A stretch of DNA of 62,822 nt from Planctomycetota bacterium (GTDB taxonomy: Bacteria > Planctomycetota > Phycisphaerae > Tepidisphaerales > Tepidisphaeraceae): NCBI GenBank assembly GCA_039182125.1, contig JBCDCH010000017.1:1-62822 (forward strand), in the 5' to 3' direction. The position numbers were made by a program, and so were the translations under genes. Within the stretch, counting starts at the first letter, position 1. Each line of letters opens with the position of its first letter. Under the pieces are notes generated by a model. It saw only the letters and a list, made by a program, of their open reading frames with translations, was not told the origin of the DNA and made no database searches. This document shows positions 45,997 to 54,900 of this stretch, piece by piece.

Positions 45997-47381
45997 TCGC
46001 TCTCTTCCTCGGCAAGCCGGTCGACCATGGCGACGTAAGCCTCCATATCGAACTTGCGCTTAAGGCCGTTGGCGTTCATGTAGCGGGTCTTGCCGAAGAT
46101 CTCGCGTTCGGTCCATGGGCGGTCGTGCAGGCCGAAGATCCAAGCGACGTTGCCGTAGCTGTTGGGGTCGCGGCCGTCGAGGAAGTACTTGTTGTTCAGG
46201 TACAGCGTCGTCTCATAGGCGTACTGCGGCGTGTTGGTCCACTCCAGGATCTTCTTGCCCCAGTACATCCGCATGTAGTTGGCCATGAAGCCTGTCTCGC
46301 GCATCTCCTTCATTGCGGCGTTCCACCACTCGTCATGGGTCTCGCCGTTCTCTAGCTGGTCGCGGGTGTAGACGTTCTCTCGCTCGTCGTCCTTGTGCTC
46401 GTCGAGCGTTTTCTTGGCCCAGTCGGGCAAACACTCGAACGAGTCGTAGTCGCCGCAGTACCAGACGAAGTTCTTGGAAAGCTCTCGGCGAACGATCAAT
46501 TCCTCCAGGTAGGCGTCGCGGTCGTCGGGCTTGCCGTAGCGGCTGTGCTTCACCTCGTACGCAAGCTGCACCGGCGAGATGTGCCCGAAGTGCAGGTACG
46601 GGCTCATCGTCGAATGGTGCTGCTTACTCGGCTCGTTGCGCCCGTCGTCGTAGTCCTTCAGGTGCGTCTCGACGAAGTTGCCGAACAGCTTCTGGGCCGC
46701 GTTTTCTCCACCCTCGAAACGCTTGACCGGTGTCACGTTCCGGTTGATGTCGAGGGGCTCGAGCGCCTGGTCGACGTCGCTCACGTCGATGTCGCCCGTG
46801 ACCGCGTAGCTGATTGACGACGTGTCCACTTTTGTCGGCTCGAGCTCGACGATGTAGTCGCCCCACTTCTTGTGAATCTTCGTGCGGATGGTGCGGGCGG
46901 CGTACTCCTGCTTGTCGCTGGTCGTCTCGACCGGCACGACGATCTCGCTCTCGACTTGCACATACTTCACCTGCGCCTTATCCGCGACGTGGTCGTACCA
47001 GGTGCGGACCGGGCGGACGTACCCCATGTCGCCGACGAGCAACGCCGCGTCCTCGGCGTAGTGCAGCGCGACCGTCGGCGGTTGGCCGTGCTTGCAAACG
47101 AACTTGATGTCGCGCTCCTTGAGGTTCGCCTCGACGTCACGCAAGCCTTCGAGCAGAAAGCGATAGTGCCGAAGGTTCGCCTCCGGGTACCCGTCCATCA
47201 GCCCGAAGCACACGACCACACCGACGCCGATCTCATTGGCCTGTCGAATCGCATACTCCAACGCATGGTTGTACCGCGTCCGCATCGACGCATGCATCCA
47301 GTAGAGGACGTACTTCCCGTCGGCGTTGATATCCTTGTCGTTGAGCGTGCGAATGCGTGTGTTATGAATCTCGTTTGGCAC
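45993..47381 (-). CDS. Deoxyribodipyrimidine photolyase, class II (CPD photolyase)
   Basis: Taking the GTG start at 47379-47381, the N-terminus VPNEIHNTRIRTLNDKDINADGKYVLYWMHASMRTRYNHALEYA matches class II photolyase N-termini. Also present are MSPYLHFGHISP…, WNAAMKEMRETGFMANYMRMYWGKKILEW… and GNVAWIFGLHDRPW. The upstream 195 codons of the long ORF are R/H/P-rich and were rejected. Confidence 0.8.
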   Translation of the reverse strand: MPNEIHNTRIRTLNDKDINADGKYVLYWMHASMRTRYNHALEYAIRQANEIGVGVVVCFGLMDGYPEANLRHYRFLLEGLRDVEANLKERDIKFVCKHGQPPTVALHYAEDAALLVGDMGYVRPVRTWYDHVADKAQVKYVQVESEIVVPVETTSDKQEYAARTIRTKIHKKWGDYIVELEPTKVDTSSISYAVTGDIDVSDVDQALEPLDINRNVTPVKRFEGGENAAQKLFGNFVETHLKDYDDGRNEPSKQHHSTMSPYLHFGHISPVQLAYEVKHSRYGKPDDRDAYLEELIVRRELSKNFVWYCGDYDSFECLPDWAKKTLDEHKDDERENVYTRDQLENGETHDEWWNAAMKEMRETGFMANYMRMYWGKKILEWTNTPQYAYETTLYLNNKYFLDGRDPNSYGNVAWIFGLHDRPWTEREIFGKTRYMNANGLKRKFDMEAYVAMVDRLAEEESD

Positions 47382-47465
47382 GGCGAGCGAGTCTATCGGT
47401 CGACCGGTTGGTCGTGAGCGCTGCAATCGTGCGACTCGTTCAATGATTGTAAATGGCGCTGCGGG

Positions 47466-47897
47466 ATGAATAGGCCGACTACCGAATTTGCAATCGCGAA
47501 GCGACTGACGTTTCTCATGCTGGCTGCAGTGTCCGGCGGAGTCGGGGCGTTGGTCCGGCATATGCCGATGCCGGTCGCGGAGTGGTGGATTCAGAATTGG
47601 GGCACGAGCATTTTGTATGAGTGGATGTGGATGGCTCTCGTACTCGCGCTGGTGCCGCGACGCTCGACGATCATCCCGGTTGCGGTCGGCGTGGCCACGA
47701 TGACGGTCGTGCTGGAGTTCGGCCAACTCTGGCAACCAGGCTGGCTGCAGGCGATCCGCGCAACCTGGGTCGGGCGGATGATGCTCGGCACGACCTTCAG
47801 CTGGTGGGACGTACCGTCGTATCCGATCGGCTGCGCACTTGGGACGGTTCTGCTCCGTCTGGTTTGGGGTGAGCAGGGGAACCTCACGAAAGGGTAG
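47466..47897 (+). CDS. Small hypothetical integral membrane protein (4 predicted TM helices)
   Basis: 143-aa ORF with hydrophobic helices (LTFLMLAAVSGGVGALV, ILYEWMWMALVLALV, IIPVAVGVATMTVVLEF, YPIGCALGTVLLRLVW). It occupies the region that the rejected photolyase N-terminal extension would otherwise cover. Confidence 0.4.
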   Translation: MNRPTTEFAIAKRLTFLMLAAVSGGVGALVRHMPMPVAEWWIQNWGTSILYEWMWMALVLALVPRRSTIIPVAVGVATMTVVLEFGQLWQPGWLQAIRATWVGRMMLGTTFSWWDVPSYPIGCALGTVLLRLVWGEQGNLTKG

Positions 47898-47943
47898 AGA
47901 TTCGACGTTGGTCGAAAGCCGGCAGGCATGTAGCTTTCGCCGC

Positions 47944-49047
47944 ATGAGCCACGATCCGCTGTTCAAGCCTCACGACCTCGGCCCGATGACGTTGAAGAAT
48001 CGCGTGCTGATGAGTCCGATGACGCGTTGCCGGGCGAAGCTACCCGGCGAGGTGCCGCATGAATTGAACGCCGAGTACTACCGCCAGCGATCCGGGGCGG
48101 GGCTGATCTTCACCGAAGCGACGCACGTCGCCCCCGGCGGTCTCGGTTACGTCGCGATGCCGGGCATTTACTCCGAGCAGCAACAGGCCGGTTGGAAGCT
48201 CGTGACCGATGCGGTGCATGAAGCCGACGGGCTGATCTTCGCGCAGTTGTACCACGCCGGCCGGGTGACGCATTCGGACATGCTGCCCGACGGTCTGGGT
48301 CCGGTCGCACCCTCGGCCGTTGCCCTCAAAGACACCCAGGCCCACACGCCCAACGGCAAGCAGGCCATACCCACGCCGCACGTGCTGACCGAGTCGGAGA
48401 TCGCGGCGATCGTGTCCGAGTTTCGCGGGGCGGCCACCGTCGCCAAGGCTGCGGGGTTCGATGGCGTGCAACTCCACGCGGCCAACGGCTACCTGCCCGA
48501 CTCCTTTCTGCGTGACGGCACCAACCACCGTACCGACGACTTCGGCGGCTCTATCGACAACCGGCTCCGGTTCCCGCTCCAAATCCTCCATGCCCTGCTC
48601 GAAGTCTTCGCTCCCGAACGCATCGGCATTCGCGTCTCGCCCACCGGGGCGTTCAACGAGATGTCCGACTCCGACCCGCTCGACCACTACACGCGTATCT
48701 TCGGAGCCATCAACGAGACCGGCGTGGGTCACCTCGAAGTTGTCGGCCAGCTCTTCGACCAGCCTGAGGCGCACCCGGACCAGGATGCGATCAATGCCGC
48801 CGCACGTGAGAAGTTCGGGCGGACGTTGATCTTCAACGGCGATTACGATGCCGAGTCGGCACGCTCGGTGATCGGTGATGGCAAGTGCGATCTGGTGACC
48901 TTCGGCCGACCGTTCCTCGGCAACCCCGATCTGCCGCGACGCTTCGCGGAGAACGCGCCGCTCAACGATCCGCCCGCCCCGTCACTGTTCTACGACCCGT
49001 CCGCCGGAGCTAAGGGCTACACCGATCAGCCGACGATGAGTGCGTGA
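47944..49047 (+). CDS. NADH:flavin oxidoreductase, Old Yellow Enzyme family (NemA-like)
   Basis: Internal ATG at 47944 (MSHDPLFKPHDLGPMTLKNRVLMSPMTRCRA). OYE motifs: AGLIFTEATHV, QLYHAGR, GFDGVQLHAANGYLPDSFL, NHRTDDFGGSIDNRLRF. Confidence 0.85.
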   Translation: MSHDPLFKPHDLGPMTLKNRVLMSPMTRCRAKLPGEVPHELNAEYYRQRSGAGLIFTEATHVAPGGLGYVAMPGIYSEQQQAGWKLVTDAVHEADGLIFAQLYHAGRVTHSDMLPDGLGPVAPSAVALKDTQAHTPNGKQAIPTPHVLTESEIAAIVSEFRGAATVAKAAGFDGVQLHAANGYLPDSFLRDGTNHRTDDFGGSIDNRLRFPLQILHALLEVFAPERIGIRVSPTGAFNEMSDSDPLDHYTRIFGAINETGVGHLEVVGQLFDQPEAHPDQDAINAAAREKFGRTLIFNGDYDAESARSVIGDGKCDLVTFGRPFLGNPDLPRRFAENAPLNDPPAPSLFYDPSAGAKGYTDQPTMSA

Positions 49048-49053
49048 TGCCCG

Positions 49054-49737
49054 TCAGAACGGAAGCTTGAGCGCGTCGCAGATGAACCGCAGCAGCGGGG
49101 CGGCGGCGCGGTAGTGGGCGAGGACGGTCCGGGTGAACGCCGGGTCGCAGACGTCGGCGTCGGTGAACTCAACGGACGCGGCGGCGAAGCGCTTGCGTTT
49201 GAGTTCTTCGATGGCCGGGTGGTCGGGGTCGAATCCCTTGGGCGGGCGTTTGAGCGAGCCGTCGACGAGGGTCAGGCGCTCGCGAAACGCCTTGCCAGAC
49301 GTGGCTTTCCGCCACGCGGCCGGGTCGTCGGCGATGGCGGCGCGGATGCGCTTGAGCTGGGCCGAGTCAGGCCCATACAGCCCGGCCGCGACGAAGCTCT
49401 TGCCACCGGGCATCACCTGCAGGTACATGCACGGCGCGTCCATTTTCCCCTCGACGCCGAGGTGGGCGAACACTGCCGCAAGGTTCGTCTTGTACGGCGA
49501 CTTGTCCTTCGAGAAGCGCACGTCGCGGTGGATGCGCAGCATCGACCCGCCCGACTTCGCCTCGTCGACGAACATCATGTCGCTGATCTTCTCGATGCCG
49601 GGTTTGAGGTCCGCGATTAGCGCGAGGAAGTCGGACCGCGCCGCTTCCCAATCACTGGCGTGAGACTTGAACCACGCACGATCGTTGTTCCGCTTGAGCT
49701 TGCGCAGGAACGTGAGCGTCTTCGGGTCGATCGGCAT
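49054..49737 (-). CDS. TIGR02453/DUF2461 family conserved hypothetical protein
   Basis: MPIDPKTLTFLRKLKRNNDRAWFKSH… (conserved N-terminus of this family) …RIHRDVRFSKDKSPYKT…. Confidence 0.8.
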   Translation of the reverse strand: MPIDPKTLTFLRKLKRNNDRAWFKSHASDWEAARSDFLALIADLKPGIEKISDMMFVDEAKSGGSMLRIHRDVRFSKDKSPYKTNLAAVFAHLGVEGKMDAPCMYLQVMPGGKSFVAAGLYGPDSAQLKRIRAAIADDPAAWRKATSGKAFRERLTLVDGSLKRPPKGFDPDHPAIEELKRKRFAAASVEFTDADVCDPAFTRTVLAHYRAAAPLLRFICDALKLPF

Positions 49738-49738
49738 G

Positions 49739-51613
49739 TCACTCCACCGTCACGCTCTTCGCGAGGTTGCGCGGCTTGTCGACGTTGCACCCACGCAGAA
49801 CCGCCGCGTGATACGCCAGCAACTGCAATGGCACGACGCTCAACAACGGCTGCAGCGGCTCGGCGGTGTGCGGGATGAAGATGACGTGGTCGGAGTAGTC
49901 CTTGATCTGTTCGTCGCCCTCGGTGGCGACGGCGATGATCCGCCCGCCGCGTGCCTTGACCTCTTCGATGTTGCTGATGACCTTCTCGTATTGGCTGCCC
50001 CGGTTGGCGATGAAGACAACGGGCATGCCGTCGTTGATCAGCGCGATCGGTCCGTGCTTCATCTCGGCAGCGGGCATGCCCTCGGCGTGGATGTAGCTGA
50101 TTTCCTTGAGTTTGAGCGCGCCTTCGAGGGCGACGGGGTAGTGATAGCCGCGGCCGAGGAAAAGCCAGTTGTCACGCTCGACGAACTGCTCGGTGATCTG
50201 GCGGACGTGGTCGGACTGCTGCAGCACCGACTCCATCTGCTCCGGGATGCGGCAGAGCCCGGCGATGAGCTGTTCGCACTGCTGCTGGCTCATGTTGCGG
50301 CGACGGCCGAGGTAGATGCTGAGCATCGTGAGCACGACGCACTGACAGGTGAACGCCTTGGTCGAGGCGACGCCGATCTCCGGGCCGGCGTGGAGGTAGA
50401 CGCCGCAGTCGGTCTCGCGGGCGATCGTGCTGCCGACCGCGTTGACGATGCCCATCGCGTGAGCGCCTTTGGTCTGCGCTTCGCGTAGTGCTGCCAACGT
50501 GTCGGCGGTTTCGCCGGACTGGCTGATCGCGAGGCAGACGCTTCCTTCTTCGACGATCGGGTTTCGATAGCGGAACTCGCTGGCGAAGGTGCATTCGGCG
50601 GGGATCTTGGCGAGGTCTTCCAGCAGGTAATCGCCGACGAGCCCGGCGTGGAACGCGGTGCCCTGGCCGGTGAGGATGATGCGGCGGGCGGTGGTCAGCT
50701 CGCGCGACATGCCCGACACGCCGCCGAGGACGATGCGACCCTCCCGCGGATCGGCCCGGCCGCGCAGGCAGTTGCTCACCGCCAGCGGCTGCTCGAAAAT
50801 CTCCTTCTCCATGAAATGCGAAAACCCGCCTAGCTCGTACTCCTCGAGCGTGTTCTCCAGCTCGCTCATCACCGGCGAGGTTACTTCATCGTCGAGCGTG
50901 GTGGTGCGCAGCCCGTCTGGCCGCAGAACAGCCATCTCGTTGTCATTGAGGTAGATGACCGAGGACGTGTGCTCGACGATGGCGCTGGCGTCGGACGCGC
51001 AGATGTACTCGTCGTCGCCGATGCCGATGATCATCGGCGAGCCCTTGCGTGCCACGACCAGCGTGTCGGGTTCCTCGGCGCAGAGGACCGCGATGCCATA
51101 GGTGCCGGTCACTTCACGCAGTGCGATCCGCACGGCCTTCTGCAGTAGCGAATCACTCGGCCCGCCGTCCTCACCGCGCTCGACGAGTTCGAGGTACACG
51201 TCCCGGATCAGCACCGCGAGAACTTCCGAGTCGGTCTCGCTGGAGAAGGTGTGGCCCTTGCCGATGAGATACTTCTTCAGGGCCGAGTAGTTCTCGATGA
51301 TGCCGTTGTGGACCAGCGTGAGCCCGGCGTCGTCGGAGGGGTGGGGGTGGGCATTTTCATGGGTGACGCCGCCGTGGGTGGCCCAGCGGGTGTGGGCGAT
51401 GCCGATGGTCGAGTGCGGCAACGGCTCGCCCTTGCGGACCGAATCCTCGAGAACGCTGATTCGACCGACGGCTTTACGCAGGTGCAGCTTGCCCTCGGCA
51501 TCGAGCACGGCCACGCCGGCCGAGTCGTAGCCGCGGTACTCCAGACGTTTGAGGCCTTCGATCAAAACGGGCTGAGCGATCTTGCGTCCGACGTAAGCGA
51601 TGATGCCGCACAT
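49739..51613 (-). CDS. glmS: Glutamine--fructose-6-phosphate aminotransferase (isomerizing)
   Basis: MCGIIAYVG (N-terminal nucleophile Cys) …HTRWATHG…; two SIS domains (…ISQSGETADT…); C-terminal …NLAKSVTVE. 624 aa, collinear with GlmS. Confidence 0.95.
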   Translation of the reverse strand: MCGIIAYVGRKIAQPVLIEGLKRLEYRGYDSAGVAVLDAEGKLHLRKAVGRISVLEDSVRKGEPLPHSTIGIAHTRWATHGGVTHENAHPHPSDDAGLTLVHNGIIENYSALKKYLIGKGHTFSSETDSEVLAVLIRDVYLELVERGEDGGPSDSLLQKAVRIALREVTGTYGIAVLCAEEPDTLVVARKGSPMIIGIGDDEYICASDASAIVEHTSSVIYLNDNEMAVLRPDGLRTTTLDDEVTSPVMSELENTLEEYELGGFSHFMEKEIFEQPLAVSNCLRGRADPREGRIVLGGVSGMSRELTTARRIILTGQGTAFHAGLVGDYLLEDLAKIPAECTFASEFRYRNPIVEEGSVCLAISQSGETADTLAALREAQTKGAHAMGIVNAVGSTIARETDCGVYLHAGPEIGVASTKAFTCQCVVLTMLSIYLGRRRNMSQQQCEQLIAGLCRIPEQMESVLQQSDHVRQITEQFVERDNWLFLGRGYHYPVALEGALKLKEISYIHAEGMPAAEMKHGPIALINDGMPVVFIANRGSQYEKVISNIEEVKARGGRIIAVATEGDEQIKDYSDHVIFIPHTAEPLQPLLSVVPLQLLAYHAAVLRGCNVDKPRNLAKSVTVE

Positions 51614-51959
51614 GGGCGATGTCCTCGGTGTTGGGGCGGGAAGAAGAAAAGAAGGAAAAGCCGGTCATCCCGCGTAACCAGCCTCACGTCATGGCGTCAG
51701 TATGTACGACCCGCACCGCCGTTGCGAACCGAACGCGTCGGATTTGTCGCGTCGGAATGTCCGAGAATGCGGCAAGATGGCTGATTGACGCCCCTGGGGC
51801 GGGGATTAGTTTCGATCAGGGCTACCGGCTATGCGCCGGCCGACGCGGGGACATCGCACGAAATTGCACCCACCCAGCCGACCGGACCCCGCCGCCGGGC
51901 CACCATGCCTCGCACGGCACCGCCGTGCCGGACCATGAGTTGTACCCACCGAAAGACCC

Positions 51960-54900
51960 ATGACCACCACCGCCCACACCCACATCAAGAACTCCGCCGC
52001 CGCCGTTGTTGAACAGTTGGAAACGAGGCGGTTGCTTAACGGCGACTTCGCACCGGAGATATACAGCGAGACCTTCGACGAGCCGGAAGGCAGCACCTCT
52101 GGCAGGTTAGATGTTTTCGGTTCATCCGGCGGGCCGGGTTGGCAAACGTTCCGAGACAACGTCGGGGACGGCACGTTTGAGGTGCGAGACGGTGCCTTGG
52201 TTGCCAAAGAAACCTCGGGCATCGTCAGTTGGTACACCGAGCTCTCTTTGAATAGGACCGTCGATTTCAGTCTTGACCTGGCCGCCAACGGCGTCGGCCC
52301 CAATGACTACGCACGGGTCGTCCTCTTTCCGAGATTTGCCCCGGCAGAAGAGATCGCTCTGGTCCGCGGCCAGGATGGTCGATTCACGGCGACCGCAAGT
52401 GCCATTACGCCCGGGAGCGTGCGTCTCGAAGTTCAACTTCTGGCGACACAAGGGCAGTTTGCCATCGACAACCTCAGTATCCAGCAAATACCCGGCCCGG
52501 AGGCCAGTCAGGTCGAACTGGTCGATGGTGTGCTACGGATCACTGGCACACAGGGCGCCGATGACATCGCGGTTCGCAGCATCCAACTGACTGATGGGAG
52601 TTTGGGCACACAGGTATTCATCAACAACTTCGCCGGAGGCGACGACATCTACGACACGACCCGCGTGTGGGTCGACTTGTTGGGTGGGTCGGACGAGTTT
52701 CAGCAAAACACCGGCATTGGCGACGGCCTGGATGTGACAGCATTTGGTGGCCTCGGACCCGATCGCATGGTCGGCTCGGCAGGTGTCAACGAAATCCACG
52801 GCGGTGACGGCGATGATTTTATCGTCCACCGTTTCGACGCCGACGGACTTATCTTCGGCGGCGACGGCGATGACCAGATTCGCGTACGAGACGAATCCGA
52901 AACGGATGTCGAGGACGGGGCGGGTAACGATCGCTTCGAGTTCAATCAGCGCGTCGCCGGTGGCCGGACATTGAACGTCAATGGCGGTCCCGGCGACGAT
53001 TACCTCTTCAATGGACCCGGCACACCCGAAGTGTTCACCGGCGGGCCTGGACAGGACACCGTCGGCTACAACGATTCCGACGGCGGCGAGTTCTTCGTTA
53101 GCTTCGACGGCCTGCCCAACGACGGTGCATCCGGTGAAGGCGACAACATCGGCACCGATGTCGAAGAAGTCGTTGGCGCAACGATCGTTAACCAGCCGCC
53201 AACTGACGGGCAGCAGCTTTTCGCCGAGCCGTTCGACGAACCCGACGGTGCCACCACCGGCAACCTCACACCGACCGGCATCTGGCGTACCTTCCAGCCC
53301 AACGGCGGCATCGCAGTGCGGGACGGTGTGCTCGTCATCGAGGACACGACCGATTTCGTCAGTTGGTTCACAAGCGACCTGGACATCGGCGGGCAAGGCC
53401 CGGTCGACGTCAGCATCGACCTGACCGGGACCGGTCTCGGGCCCGACGATCTAGCCAACTTTCTCTATCGCGTTGACGGCGGGGCGTTGCAACAGTTCGC
53501 GTTCACGCGTGCCACCGACGGGAGCCTCACCGCCACGGCCAACGGCATTGTCGGCAACGCGCTCAAGCTCGAGGTGCAGTTCAAAGCGGTCGTCGGGACG
53601 TACACGCTTGACAACGTCACCGTTACCGCGGCCGACGCGCCGCCGACCGGCGCATTTCTCGACGGGCAGACGCTTCGGATCGTCGTCACCGACGGGGCCG
53701 AGACGTGGACGATCGTGAATCCCTCTGAAGGCCCCGGCGGCTTCCGCGACAATGAACTGCAGATCACCGGCCCCACCGGTGAGCCGGACTTCTTCCAGCT
53801 GCGCGACGTCGACGACATCGTCATCGACCTCGCCGGCGGAGACGATCGACTGTTCGTCGAAGACGTTTACGGCGAGTTTCCGCTGAGCGAAGCACTCGGC
53901 AGCGACGGGGCGGACCGCTTCGAGTTCCGCACGGTCAGCGCATTGCGTGGCGTACTCGACGGCCAGGGCGGCGACGACTTCATCTCCGTCAGCAACTTCG
54001 GCGACCCCGCCACCCTCCACGGCGGCGACGGCAACGATACCCTCGTTACCAACGGCACCGGCTACATCGTCGAAGGCGGCAACGGCGACGACACGCTCGT
54101 CACGGGTGTCGGCGGCGACGACTTCACCGGCGGTCCCGGCAACGACACCGTCGACTACCGCCCACGCACCGACGGCCCGTTCACGGTGTCCTTTGACGAC
54201 GTCGCCAACGACGGGGCAGAGGGTGAGGGCGACAACATTCGTGACGATGTCGAGGTTGCGCTGGGCGCGAGCGTCGTCGGTGAGCCGGGATCCGTCACGC
54301 TCTACACCGAGTTCTTCGACGAAGCCCCATTCGCTACAAGCGGCAATCTGACGCCCAGCGGCGAGTGGCGCACCTACGGACCGGCGGGCGGCATCCGTTT
54401 GGCTGACGGGCGCGACACCAGCATCCTGCGCGTGAGCGGTACAGAGGACAATCCCAGCGGTTTCGTCAGTTGGTACACCACGCCGTTGGACATCGCCGGT
54501 GCTGAGAACGTGGCAGTAGAGATGTTCCTGAGCGGTCGTGATCTGACCGACCGCGACCTGGTGCGGTTTCTTTACCGGATCGACGACGGACCTAACCAGG
54601 AGTTCTTCTTCACCCGTGGCACCGACGGCGTGTTCACGCCCAGCATCGACGGTCTGAGTGGCGGCACGCTCCGCCTGGAGGTGCAGTTCCGTGCCGAGGG
54701 TGACGCGACGTACTTCCTCGACGACATCGTCATCACGTCCGCCCCATCAACTGGCGGTCCCACGGCACAAGTCATCGACCGGACCCTCGTCGTGACCGGC
54801 ACCTCCGGCGACGACAACTTGAGTGTCGCCGCGACCGAGAACTTTCTGGGCGTCTACCGCGTGTCTTCGGGCACCAACGTCATCGCCGAGTTCCCGGTGG

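Noticed and set aside
47382-47966. N-terminal 195-codon extension of the photolyase ORF
   Set aside because: It is R/H/P-rich with no homology. Photolyase similarity starts at the GTG at 47381, and a plausible membrane-protein ORF lies on the opposite strand.
51614-51959. Possible glmS ribozyme in the 5' leader of glmS
   Set aside because: The 346-bp leader shows none of the conserved glmS ribozyme core elements on the minus strand. That ribozyme is also mainly a Firmicutes feature.
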